NCBI GenBank assembly: GCA_951406725.2
Contig: OX597814.1
Span: 169,632,001 to 169,696,000 of the forward strand
Reading direction: 5' to 3'
DNA: 64,000 nucleotides
Source: Octopus vulgaris
Lineage: Eukaryota
Shown: piece after piece, positions 27,985-40,763 of the stretch
How the letters are laid out: every line of letters begins with the position of its first letter
Position numbering within the stretch: the first letter of the stretch is position 1
The notes under the pieces: generated by a model
The model's database searches: none
The model's input: the letters and a program-made list of their open reading frames with translations, nothing else
What the model was told of the DNA's origin: nothing
Translations under genes and position numbers: made by a program

Positions 27985-28310
27985 TAAAATACAGGACCAG
28001 ATACTGCAACAGCTTGAGTTTCAAGAGCCCACAACTCTTCAATTTCCTACCAAAATGCTTGAGAGACCTGCATGGCATGGATGTAGGTGGCTTCAAAACA
28101 AAACTGGATCTCCTCCAATTAAGGGTTTCAGATGAGCCTACTTCATGGCAAGAAACAAAGATGAGAGCAGCAGCTTCAAACTTCCTCATTCATCAAATGC
28201 TACATATCAGAGGGCAGTTTCAAATGATGAAGGTGTGGCACAGCCAACTGTTGTGCCACAGCATGACTGCAGCTTTAAAGTTGAAACATGTTACAGAGTT
28301 AAATAGTTAA
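27985..28310 (+). pseudogene. CR1/L2-group LINE ORF2 C-terminus
   Basis: NSLSFKSPQLFNFLPKCLRDL...FKTKLD...VSDEP...RAAASNFLIHQ. Confidence 0.75.
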
Positions 28311-30604
28311 AGAGGTATATCTACAGGGGTGGCCAAAAGTCAACTGACAGTAAATCAAAAGCATTTAATTGGTGTTAGGAAGGGCATCCAGCCATAAAAA
28401 TTCTGCCAAAACAAACACAGAAGTATGATGCAGGCCCCTGTCTGGCCAGTTCCTGTCAAACTGTTCAACCTATGCCAGCATGGAAGGAAGACATTAAATG
28501 ATAATGAAGATGATGATGATGATAATGATCTATCTGTGTGCTTGTATCCCTGCTATCACTTGATGACCGGTGTTGGTTTGTTTACATTTCTGTAACTTAG
28601 CAGTTCAGCTAAAAGGGTCAATAGAATAAGTACCTGGCTTAAAAATAAATAGTATACCTTTCAAGGTGGTGCTCCTGCATAGCCACTGTCCAAAAATTGA
28701 AATATGTAAAAGATAACAGATAAGATATGTGTGAAAGTAAAGCTTATTATTGGAATTAAACCTTATTATTGGAATTAAGCAGTCATGTCCGTGTCAAATA
28801 TTTGTATCTGTATGTAACTCTGTGTGTGTGTGTGTTTTGATTATATTTACACTTCTCCCAAAGTTTTTCAACAATGACGTTACTGTCATCTCCCCTATCA
28901 GTGAATCAGCCACTGGCTTTGCACTTAAGAAACAGGGGTAAAAATTTGGTAAAAGGACTGTTTAATTCTAATAATAAGGTTACTGGTTCAGACCCACTAT
29001 GTGGAAAGTCGGGCAAGTATCTTCTGCTATAGACCAACAAAAGACTTGTGAATAGATTTGGTAGACAGAAAGAGAGAGTCAAGACTATTGAAAAGGTTGC
29101 AAGACACAACGAAAATTTTAGGAAAATAAAAATAAGAAATAAGTGGAAATTTTACTAGTGAGTGTGTGTTAAATTATAAGGTACAAAAAGAAAATGACTC
29201 TCCCCAGACACAACAGTACATCACGTCTTTCTTTGTATACGCACGTATATGAAAAGATTATTTCTGTACATATATAAGAAAGAAATATATGAGCAAACAT
29301 TTAAGAGTATAAAGAAAAAGGAAGAAAACATGGAAAAGATGTCAGGAATGAGTTTTACTATTAACTACAAGGATTTTGGCATTTACCAGCAGAGATTTTT
29401 GCATTTATCAACAGAATTTTTTATAATTATCTACACAGAATTATATATTTATTTACACAAATTTTTACATTTATCTACACAGATTTTTGCATTAATATAT
29501 GTCTATTTTACAATCATCATTCTCTCAAAATTTCACATTTAGCTACACATATTTTTTACATTTACCAATACTTATTTTTACAATTATCTATACATATATT
29601 CACATTTACATAGCATGAATTTTATATATACTACATATATTTTATGCAGATTTTGTCTGCATAAAATATGAGCTATGTACTCAAAGTTTAGCTTTATTGA
29701 CATAATAAATAATTACTGTGTTTCACCTCTGGAAATCTTTTCCATTATCTTTCTGAAATAGCTGCAAATACCACTGAGAAGTAATAAGCTGTATGGTGCT
29801 GAATCTTTTAATTGTTTGTGATGCATAGTTAGAGTTACTTACTTTTACTTAAGCTACTAATACTCTTAAGAAACACAAAAATGTCACATTAATCACATAT
29901 TTATTAATCTGAGTCCTTTCATCTGTATAAGAAATTAATACTTTATATCATCAAAGAGGCTAAGGATCATGGGAAGTTAAAAATATGATAGGTATCAATC
30001 TCTAAATGAAGCTGTTAGACTTCTCTCGCATTATTTATGTCCTGAGGTAAGGCACGAGTGTCACAAATTATCTTCATTTCTTGCTTCCCTTAAATTACCA
30101 AGTCTTCATCATCACCTAAAAAGGAATGGTTATTTTTTTCTCATCTCTGGATTTGTAGAAATGGTAGTTTCACTCTTTCGTATTGGAAGTTAATCTACAA
30201 AATGCAATGTTTAATGTTTATGTATCCACATTGTTTTAAATTAATCATGCATTATCTCATAGTTTGAGGATTTTGATCTCTCTCTCTCTCTCTCTCTGTC
30301 TCGATAACCACTTGTCTCCCCTACACTTACCTCCTTCTCCCCCACCCCACCCTATATAAACTAGCTCACTCAGATTCCCCTACCTCATTTTAATCCCCTC
30401 GCCAAAAAAGTAGAAAACCAGAAGATGTTCAGATGAGCAATCTTGTTCTTTCAACCTCATACATCTCTCATCCTTCTCTTTCAGCACAGACCCCAATAAT
30501 TACCTTATTAGTTCATTTCATTATTCTATCTATTTCATTACCCATCTAAACATAGTTTCGTCTTCCAAGGCTGTATGTTTAAAAAAAAAAAAAAACACAC
30601 TTAA

Positions 30605-30823
30605 CCCTTTCGTTACCAACTCGGCTGAAACCGGCTCTGGCTCTGAGTACAAATATCTTGTTTTCATAAGTTTTGAATTAAAATCCTTCATAAGGTTTGA
30701 ATTAAAATTAGTCACAATTTATGTTCCTAATTCCAGCTAAGTTATTTTACTAAATTCTTTGTTATATTTAAAGTAATTGAAAGAAACACATAGCATCTCA
30801 AAATAAATACAGTAATGAAAGGG
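30605..30823. mobile_element. piggyBac-like MITE (219 bp)
   Basis: TTAA | CCCTTTCGTTAC...GTAATGAAAGGG | TTAA. The paralogous empty site cacTTAAgat is at 31851-31860. Confidence 0.92.
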
Positions 30824-31224
30824 TTAAGATCCCTTTCGCTCGATCCAACTCTTCCTCTTTTTCCCTCTCTTTCATGCTCATTTATTATCATCACTTATTC
30901 ATTCATTCATCTAATTTTGTCACAGATTGGCTGACTGAAAACTCTTGGTTATAGCTCTAGTTAAGATTTTCAAATGCCCATTTCTATCTTATTATTATCA
31001 TCAATATTCTCTCACACCAGAAGCCTGAGTTTTTGCTGTTTCATTAAATTATGTTACCCTAAATCCCAAAATATTTTCTCTCTTTTGCTCTATCTTTGAC
31101 CAACCTAACTCTGGTCTCTCTCTCTGTCTCTCTCTCTCTCTCTCGGTTTCTATCACTGTCTCGATAACCACTTGACTCCCCAACACTTACCTCCTTCTCC
31201 CTCACCTCACCCTATATAAACTAG

Positions 31225-31625
31225 GGATCTTTTCGGTTTGAACGACAGTTTTTTCTAGCGGTGTCATATGAAATTGTCACCCATAATTATGACCCTAGTA
31301 TCGATCTATTGCATTTCAATCTGTTTTAGGGTTAGGGTTAGGGGTGGGGGTGAGAAAGGTATCTTTTTTTCTTCACAAATGTAAATAAACCCAATCTGTT
31401 TCTTAAACAAGGGACATATCCATACGGCACAGAATGTTTTCACCTCAATAGACGTCATTGATTGGTTGAAATTGCAGAAAAAAAACAACAAATATCTTAC
31501 AAACTATAGAATTTTCTCAATAAAGCCAACAGAAAAATATGTTAAATAAACACATTCTACTAGTATACAAAGTTTAGTTACGTGGAAATTATTTTTAAAA
31601 ACTGCCGTTCAAACCGAAAAGATCC
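31225..31625. mobile_element. Merlin-like MITE (401 bp, 8-bp TSD)
   Basis: 29-bp TIRs GGATCTTTTCGGTTTGAACG(A/G)CAGTTTTT. TSD TAAACTAG at 31217 and 31626, with the empty site at 30357-30364. GG termini plus an 8-bp TSD suggest Merlin (inference). Confidence 0.85.
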
Positions 31626-32219
31626 TAAACTAGCTCACTCAGATTCCCCTACCTCTTTTTAATCCCCTCACCAAAAGAGTAGAAAACCAGAAGATGTTCA
31701 GATAAGCAATCTTGTTCTTTCAACCTTGTACATCTCTAATCCTTCTCTTTCAGCACAGACCATAATAATTACCTTATTAGTTCATTTCATTATTTCTTTA
31801 GCTATGTAAATATAGTTTCATCTTCCATGCTGTATGTTTAAAAAAAAACACACTTAAGATCCCTTTCACTCAATCCAATTCTCTCTCTTTCCTCCTCTTT
31901 CATGCTCATTTATTATTGTCCCTTATTCATTCATTTATCTAATTTTGTCACAGATTGGCTGACCGAAAATCTTGGTTATAGAACTAATTAAGATTTTCAA
32001 ATGCCCTATTCTATCTCACTATTATCACAATAGTCTCTGACACCGGCAACTCGAGTTTTTGCTCTTTCACGGTGCGAACCACCTGTACCAGAAGTCTCTA
32101 TCCTCTGACATCACACAAGTCTTGACATTGAGCAAGAAGGATGGAACAAACTAAATGATGTTTCTGTGGTGCTTCCTTTTCTGGATCTAGGGCCCAGCAT
32201 GTAGGAGGTATGGTCCTTA

Positions 32220-32545
32220 AACCCAGTTAATGCCAGGCACTACCCATTGTAGTTGGGTGCAGTGGCATTGAAGATGTCTTGGCTAGATGATAGATTCGAG
32301 ATCCTCTTGCTTACACCTTTCACTAAGTTCTTGGAAACTATATGGGGTGGGGTGGCAGGTGACTGTGCTAATATAGGGCAGTTTCTTGTTTGGCTTGTGA
32401 TAGGGCCTGTATATACCTGAGCCCAAATCTAAAGTAACATTTAAGAAATCTACTGTGGTGAGATTAGTCTCAATGGTGATCTTGAGTCCCATTGAGCCTA
32501 GGGCACTAATTAGGTCCTGTCTAAGTCTATCTAGTGTGTGTATAC
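32220..32545 (-). pseudogene. Penelope-like RT fragment
   Basis: LDRLRQDLISALGSMGLKITIETNLTTVDFLNVTLDLGSGIYRPYHKPNKKLPYI...HP matches PLE RT motifs 6-7. Confidence 0.8.
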
Positions 32546-34198
32546 CAGTTAGATATTGTTGTTAGTAATTGGCTGTCTCCTTTCACCTTTCTATAGTTCT
32601 GCTCAATTCTCAGTCATGGATGACTTATGGACCAAACAGTAATGATATTTAGAAGGTAGTGTAGTCAAGAGAACAGAAATCAATAAACTTACAGAACTGC
32701 TGAACTAAACACATTTCATTATTCCTGCCTACTGCATTATAATTTGCTCCTCTTCAGTTACAAGTAAAATATTGCTTATTTGAACATGTGACCAAGAGGT
32801 TTGTCAATAAAGATCTCGATCATAATGTCATGAGCTTCGTTCCCAGTTTTAGAGGTACATTGTGTCCTTGGGCAAGGCACTCTACTTCGTGTTACTCCAG
32901 TCCATTCAGCAAGCAAAAATGATTATTAAACCTGACAGAATGCCACTCAGGATCAAGTCAGTATGGCAGCATTAAGGAGTCTATGGTATAGGCCAAAACC
33001 TTCAAATATGAAGAGGAGTACATCCAGAAAGAGGAAGGATCACATCCAGGAAGAGGGGTTCCTCCAGGAAGAGAGGTACATCCAGCAAGAGGGATGCATC
33101 CAAAGAACAAAGTACGTCCAGGAAGTGGGGTACATTCAGCAGTGGACTCCTACATCTTATATTGACACTTTATAATTCTCATTATAAAAGTGAGACATTT
33201 TCTGAAGAGAAAGAAACTTGTGTGTTGCATCCCTCATCATAAACTTTTACATTTCAAACATTTCCTTCCTCAGCTTTCTCTCTTTCTCTTTCTCTCTCAT
33301 TTACTCTTCCTCTCTCTCTCTCTCTCTCTGTTTCTCTTTTAGCTATGTTTCTTACCCTCCTTTCTTTTATTGTTGTTACCATTATAATTATGTCTCTCAT
33401 CCTACTTACTTTTCTTCCATCTCATTTCTCAGTTCCTAGCTATATTTATTTTTCCACATTGAAATGTTTTATCAGTTCCAAGATTAATAATGCATAATGA
33501 ATCTCTAAAGCTTCTGGAAACTCTCTGCATTCTTCACATTTCTCCACTAATTCCTACCATCTTCCTTTCTCTTTTTTCTAGTTAGTCAGGTCTTTGACTT
33601 TTGTCTTTTACCTTCTATCTTTCCCGTCTCTCCTCTGCTTTTTCCTTTCCAGTCACATCCCTTCTTTTACCCCTACATATCCACTGTGTCCTGTCAACTA
33701 TTTTTCCACTTTATACATCTTACTTTCTGTCTTCCTAATGTCTGTCTGTCTTCTATACTGAAATATACCATCAACGCCAAGACTAATAATGTATGATAAA
33801 TCTCCTAATTTTTTACAATTGACTGCCTTCTTAACACTTCTCCATTCCATTCTTTTCTTCATTCTCTATCGGCTGTCTACCAATTTGAAGTATTTTTATC
33901 AATTCCAAGAACTGATAAATAAAATGGAAAGAATCTCCAAACTTCTCACAAATTACTTACTTTCTTCACTCTTCTCCATTACCTTCAATTGTCTTCCTTC
34001 TGTCTTCTACATGGTTGGTCGGCAAGCTTATTCCATTTGCCATTTTCTACATTCTTCTGTCTTAATGTCTACTGTCTTCCATAGTTTGCCATTTCCTCCT
34101 TTCTGATTTTGTCTCCTGTTTCACCATTCATTTCTTTCCTTCTTAAAGGTTTCAACTACTGCTATTGCTACTACTATTATTATTATTATTATTATTAT

Positions 34199-34236
<38 letters not shown>

Positions 34237-34529
34237 CACCGTCATCATCGTTATAGTCAATATCACAAGTGTTATTGTAATCATGATCATATTAGCCTTA
34301 AATACTGTTCAGTTTGTGCCCTATACCCATACCAAGGTTGTATTTATTAATCTTCATTTGGGAAAAGTTGACCGAGTCTTTGAAGTTTTAGCTTGCTTGC
34401 CATCCTCAGACTGATTAATGAACACACACACACACACACACACTCACATTTATAATGCATATATATATCAATATATATATTAATGTATCTATCTATCTAT
34501 CTATCTATCTATATATATATATATATTAT

Positions 34530-34806
34530 TTATGCGCCCTTTTCAAGCTTAGGCAGGCTCATGGGCCCTGTTTCCCGGTTTCTATGGTGTATGTGTTCCT
34601 CCCAGCTGGACGGGACGCCAGTCGATCGCAGAGTGAGAGAAAGTTGGGGCGAAAGAGTACAACAGGGGTCGCCACCACCCCCTGCCAGAGCCTCATGGAG
34701 CTTTAGGTGTTTTCGCTCAATAAACACCCAAAACGCCCAGTCTGGGAATCAAAACCACGATCCTCTGACTGCGAGTCCACTGCCCTAATCACTGGGCCAT
34801 TGCGCC
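34530..34806 (-). mobile_element. tRNA-derived SINE family C, tail type 2
   Basis: 34630-34806 matches 26937-27110. 34530-34629 is an unrelated tail. Confidence 0.85.
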
Positions 34807-34807
34807 T

Positions 34808-34864
<57 letters not shown>

Positions 34865-35247
34865 TGTATATGTATGTATGTATCTGTCTACCTGCATAGG
34901 TATGCATGTATGCAATGATGTGCATATTCATTCTCAACATGTTTTCTATCAAGTTTCAACATGAATATGCTTTCCATTGCTGGTGTCTGCTGGAATATGC
35001 TATTTACATACAAACACACACACACACACACACACATACACATCTATCTATCTATTACCTAAGATTCATTTTGAGGATCTGATCAAAGACTTTGCAATTC
35101 AAAAAAGTAAGAGGAAACTTTTCAAATATAGATAAAGTGGAAGTATACAAAAATAAACATTATTTTTCCTCTTACTGTTTTGTTTCATTTGGAAAAATAA
35201 AAATTTATTTTGTGGTTTGTTATTGTTTATATTTTGAATTACATAAT

Positions 35248-35530
35248 TCGGAAACATCTTTTCACGCTAAGAGTTGCTGAAGCATGGAACAAACTGCCGG
35301 CATCAGTTGTTAGTTGTCAGAGCACTGCATCCTTCAAAACTTCCATGCTTCCTGAGATTCACCAACACTACACTTGATTTTCTCCCCTCCATACACACGC
35401 AAGCATGTATCTGACTCATACACTGTTCACTTTCCAGACATTTTTACATTACTGCATATGCTTTATATGCACTTTTGACAAGTTGTGGTGCACCTGAGCA
35501 CTGTATACAATAATTTCATTATTATTATTA
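35248..35530 (+). mobile_element. CR1-type LINE 3' end with (ATT)n tail, inserted in a hAT-like MITE
   Basis: RKHLFTLRVAEAWNKLPASVV...SFK. The flanks rejoin to give the MITE sequence seen uninterrupted at ~24055-24110. Confidence 0.8.
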
Positions 35531-36199
35531 TAATCTTTTATGGGGGCACCAAAATCTTTTAAGTACTTAGGGCTTCGATGGGTCTTAATACGGCCCAGCT
35601 CTGGTAGACAGGATTACAATTCTACTCTCACTGATGAGCATGATTGATCTTTTTGTTTAACAAGTTTTAAGGCTTAGTTAAAGGAGAAAGAGCTGATTGG
35701 AGGAAAGGAGAAATTCATTTTCAAGTAATCATCATCATCATCTTCATCATCTTTTAACGTCCGTTTTTCATGCTATCACGGGTTGGATGGTTCAACCGGG
35801 GTCTGGGAAGCCAGGAGGCTGCACCAGGCTCCAGTCTGATCTGGCAGTGTTTCTACAGCTGGATGCCCTTCCTAATGCCAACCACTCTGTGAGTGTAGTG
35901 GGTGCTTTTTACGTTCCACCAGCACAGGTGCCAGGGGAGGCTGGCATTGACCATGATCGGTTGGTGCTTTTTACATGCCACTGGCACAGAAGCCAATCAA
36001 GGCGGTGCTGGCATCAGCCACAATCAGTTGGTGTCTTTTACATGCCGCCGGCACAGGTATCACAACTACAATTTCCATTTGATGTAGCAAATTAATGGAT
36101 GAAAAAGAAGCTCCTGGTTCATCTCTCAAAAGCTAAATACATGCTTGTTTGCTTGTTTACTTCATGCTCTTGCTTGGTGGAGTTGGGGGTCATCTCAGG

Positions 36200-36480
36200 T
36201 TTGTGGTCCCAGAGATATCATTATGCATAGAGCCAACCATGTTCTACAGTGCTCTCCATTGATGACTGTCCTGTGCCAACCCCTCTGCATCCTACAAAAT
36301 GATGTTGAGCCTCTGGAGATCTTCCTTAATTACGTCCAGCCATCTTGTGTAGGGCCTGCCTTGAGGCTTCTTCCAGCCAGCAACTGTTACATTGAACAAG
36401 AGTAAGGCCCTGGTAAGATGATATGGCAGGAGGCAGAGGACATGTCAATACCAGCACATGCAATGGATAGCTATGAAATG
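36200..36480 (-). pseudogene. RTE-like LINE ORF2 C-terminal fragment (different family)
   Basis: Translates WY*HVLCL...GWKKPQGRPYTRWLDVIKEDL...LAQDSHQWRAL. Confidence 0.7.
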
Positions 36481-36584
36481 GGAGGCTGTGGGCTGATGTG
36501 TGTGTTTGCACACAGTTCTTTGCTGTTTTATTTTCATTAGAATTCTATGAACATTATTATGCATTTTGAATTTGATTGTGAAAG

Positions 36585-37000
36585 AAATACATGCTGAATA
36601 TTTCAAATTCCTGGGAATTATTGTTGATAAGAATCTTAAATGGAAACCACATATTGATCTAACATGTAGGTGAATACTTACAACTACAGGTAGCTTATCT
36701 CATACAGGAAATTATTTTCCTAGGCATATGCTACACAACATATGCTACACAAATATACATCAGACACATATTAGTTGAATTCTAAGCCATAACACTGATA
36801 CTGTTTTATAGTGTGAGTGGAGGTGCATCCTAATAAAGAGGAATATTTACAAAGAGGAAATTTGAGATTAGATTTTAGATAAAATACATTTGAATGAAAC
36901 ACATTTCTAGATGTACCAATTGCTTTTGTAGTAGTTTTAAAGTTTCCAGACATATACGTACTTGTACAATTCAAATTCTACAATGGTTTTTGTCTTGATG
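36585..37000 (+). pseudogene. CR1/L2-group RT fragment
   Basis: EYFKFLGIIVDKNLKWKPHID (KxLGxxxDxxLxWxxHI motif). Degenerate downstream. Confidence 0.7.
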
Positions 37001-37331
37001 CTTTGTTTGAATATCTGTGGTCTGTAGGATTATCAAACAACTCTGATAGAACTAAATGCTCGTATATGTGTAATGCAAACAACGGTCACCTGAGGCATGA
37101 TCACTTGTAATCTGAGGCCGTGCAGTTAATAAGCTTGCTTTCTAACCATGCAGTCTTGGGTTCAGTCACACTGTGTGGCAACTAGGACAAGTGCCTTCTA
37201 ATATAGCCCCTGACTGACCAAAGCCTTGTGAGTAAATTTGGCAGATGGAAACTAGAAGAAGCCCATAATACATATATGCATATAAATATATGTACATGTA
37301 TATATATATACATATGTATGTATATATATAT

Positions 37332-37513
<182 letters not shown>

Positions 37514-37835
37514 CAAATAGAGGTTATAGTGGTCTCATGAAGGGATGGTATCATCCAAGGAAATACTGGTTCAATACTTAATATTGGGTGGGTGGGGTGG
37601 GGCCTTAATATCCATAAAATAATAGGTTTATATATAAACCATGGCTTATAATCATGCAAATGAATAATAAGAAAATGGAAACATTGAAGTTAATAAGAGT
37701 TTGTGATTGATTTTTTTTGTTGATAATAAACTGTTATTAACTTCAGTATCTCCCTTTTCATATTATTCACACACACACACACACGCACACAAACACATAT
37801 ATATATATTTATACATGCTCATGCACATATATATA

Positions 37836-39084
37836 GTAGGTTGTCTGGAAAGTTCTGAGTGAATTTTAATATGCAAAAATGGATATAAATAATTGACCTT
37901 TCAATAAATTTTATTCAATGAAATGATTTCCATTTATTATTAATGACCTATGTCTATCTATCAGACAATTTAAATATTCCATCATCATAAAATTTGACTG
38001 GTTTTGAAAAAAAATGTTATCTAGATACATTTTGACTCCATCTGAATTGTTAACTTGTTTTTCCTTGCAATGAGTTCTGCAGAGACAGAAACAAGTGGCA
38101 GTCAGATGGTGCAATATCAGGAGAATATGGTGAATGGGGCAAGAGATCCCAGCCAAGTTCATGTAACTTAGTTCGGGTAGCCAAAGACACATGTGGTCGA
38201 GCATTGTCTTGTTGGAAAACTACCCCTTTCCTGTTGGCAATCTCTGGCCTCAAGTTCAAAATAGCCAGATGACAACAGTAGATATCAGAATTAATGGTCT
38301 GATTTTGTGAGAGAAGCTCATAATAAATAATGCCTTTATGATCCCACCAAACACAAAGCATAGCCTCTTTTGACATGGATATTCATCTTTGACTGCTGTT
38401 TTGGGAGATCCTTACGCAAACCCCAGGATCTTTTACAGACTACATTTTTGTACACAATCCATTTTTCATCTCCAGTCACAAGTTGTTTAAAGAAAGGCAT
38501 GCTTTCATTCCATTTCAAAGCATATCACAAACGGAATACTGGTCCAAGTAATTCTTTTCTGTGATTTTGTGCGGGACCCATACATTATAGCAAGAAATAT
38601 ATCCTAGCTTCACTAGGTGTTCATAAGCCATACTTTTAGAAACTTCTCTGCAAGTTCTCTGATCATGATATTTGAGTTTTCTTCAATTTTTGCCTTCAAA
38701 ACATCTTCAGCGAATTTTCAAGGTCTTCCACTGTGACTGTCACCTTCCAAGCTAAACTCTTCAGCTTTAAATTTTGCAAACCATCTTCAAACAGCTGATT
38801 CACCTAAAGCTTCATCACCATAAGATTCACAAATGTTTTTTGCAAGTCTTTGTAGCATTTTCTTCTTTTATAAAAAAGAAAAGCATTAAAATGTGAATAT
38901 GAAATTTTTGATTATCCATTTCAAATGTCAATAAAAGATAAATCTATATTTAATCAGGTACAAAGAAGAGATTCTCTACTACTTCAAGCAACACCAATGT
39001 TTTAACTGCATTATGTTTCAGGTGTGTTCAATGAAGCATTAAAAGATTTAGCTTAAAAATGCTCAGAAATTTCCAGACAACCTA

Positions 39085-39085
<1 letters not shown>
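37836..39085 (-). mobile_element. Full-length decayed mariner (DD34D) transposon
   Basis: TIRs TAGGTTGTCTGGAAA(G/T)TTCTGAG at 37837 and 39062-39084, in (TA)n. The interrupted transposase (~38919 to 37911) has LVTGDEKW, MLCVWWD, QQDNARPH and PYSPDIAPSDCHLF. Length ~1.25 kb. Confidence 0.95.
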
Positions 39086-39124
<39 letters not shown>

Positions 39125-39192
39125 ACAATTGACAAGTTCGTTGATAGGTAAAGTTCCTTCTTTTTAGTGTTTCCAAATCCAAATTAAGAAAT

Positions 39193-39255
39193 TTTGAGCT
39201 GACGAAAGAAATGCTGATTTTATTTGGCTAATCTTGAAACGTTGACGTACTCAAA
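39193..39255 (+). ncRNA. Type-I hammerhead ribozyme
   Basis: TTTGAG | CTGACGA | AAGA...TCTT | GAAA | CGTTGACG | TA | CTCAAA. Intact core, 6-bp stem I, GUA triplet and near-palindromic stem III. It sits in a ~330-bp island flanked by (TA)n. Confidence 0.85.
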
Positions 39256-39437
39256 CGATCTATGTACTTGTGATATTTCTCTGTATTTACCTCCAAACCT
39301 CCGTGAGCTGTCTGGAGTAAACATTATCTGAGAGAAATTTTCTTTAAGTAGTAGAAATAACTAAAAAAAATTTTTTTGGCTGCTATTTCTACTTAGTTCA
39401 GTATGTGGCAAAGTAATTTATTTTACTAAGCCCTAAT

Positions 39438-39480
<43 letters not shown>

Positions 39481-39483
<3 letters not shown>

Positions 39484-40680
39484 TCATCATCATTTAGCGT
39501 CCACTTTCCATGCTAGCATGGGTTAGACGGTTCAACTGGGGTCTGGGAAGCCAGAAGGCTGCACCAGGCCCAGTCTGATCTGGCAATGTTTCTACGGCTG
39601 GATGCCCTTCCTAACGCCAACCAATCCGTGAGTGTAGTGAGTGCTTTTTACGTGCCACCGGTACAACTGCCAGATGGGGCTGGCAAACGGCCATAGTCAG
39701 ATGGTGCTTTTTACATGCCACCGGCACTGGTATCACAGCTACAATTTCCATTGATGTTGATCGATTTCGATTTTCATTCTGATTTTCACTTGCCTTAACA
39801 GGTCTTCACAAGCAGAGTTTTGTGTCCCAAGAAGGAAAGGTATGTGTAAATTGACTGGCTACATCCCAGGTAGAGGCCATGGGTTATGGTCTCACTTGTC
39901 CTGCCGGGTCTTCTCATGCACAGCATACTTCCATAGGTCTCGGTCTCTGGTCATTTCCTCAGTGAGACCTAAAGTTCGAAGGTCGTGCTTCACCGCCTCG
40001 TCCCAGGTTTTCCTGGGTCTACCTCTTCCAAAGGTTCCCTCAACCGCTAGGGTGTGGCACTTTTTCACACAACTATCTTCATCCATTCTCGTCACATGAC
40101 CATACCAGCGCAAACGTCTCTCTTGCACACCACAACTGATGCCTCTTAGGTCCAACTTTTCTCTCAAGGTACTTACACTCTGTCGAGTATGAACATTGAC
40201 ATTACACATCCATCGGAGCATACTGGCTTCATTTCTTGCAAGCTTACGCATATCCTCAGCAGTCACGGCCCATGTTTCACTACCATGTAGCATGGCTGTT
40301 CGTACACATGCATCATACAGTCTGCCTTTTACTCTGAGCGAGAGGCCTTTTGACACCAGCAGGGATAATAGCTCTCTGAACTTTGCCCAGCCTATTCTTA
40401 CTCTAGCAGTTACACTTTCAACACTACCCCCCACTACTGACTAGGTCACCTAGGTAACGGAAGCTATCAACTATTTCTAGTTTTTCTCCCTGGAATGTGG
40501 TGGAAGTTGGTCTCTGCGCATTTTCAGTGTTTATTGCTCCTGAGCATCTGTCACATACAAAAACTATTTTCCTAGTTAACCTTCCTTTGACATTGCTGCA
40601 CCTCTTATGTGTCCATAGCTTACACTTGGTGCATCTTATAGAGTTTCTACCTACGCTTTTTCTACAGATCGAGCAGGGAT
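39481..40680 (-). mobile_element. 5'-truncated RTE-clade LINE: PHD finger, RT C-terminus, 3' UTR and (GAT)n tail
   Basis: ORFs 40424-40680 and 39892-40434 (one frameshift) read LEIVDSFRYLGD..., ARVRIGWAKFREL, MLHGSETWA, RRLRWYGHV and GRGRPRKTW, which are typical RTE ORF2 motifs. They are followed by a ~400 nt UTR ending CCATGCTAGCATGGAAAGTGGACGCTAAA(TGA)n. Confidence 0.92.
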
Positions 40681-40684
40681 ATAT

Positions 40685-40762
<78 letters not shown>

Positions 40763-40763
<1 letters not shown>

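Larger units (their letters stand above)
30296..32069 (+). repeat. Tandem segmental duplication (~520-bp core, two copies)
   Basis: 30296-31045 is colinear with 31157-32069 once the two MITEs are removed. Confidence 0.9.
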
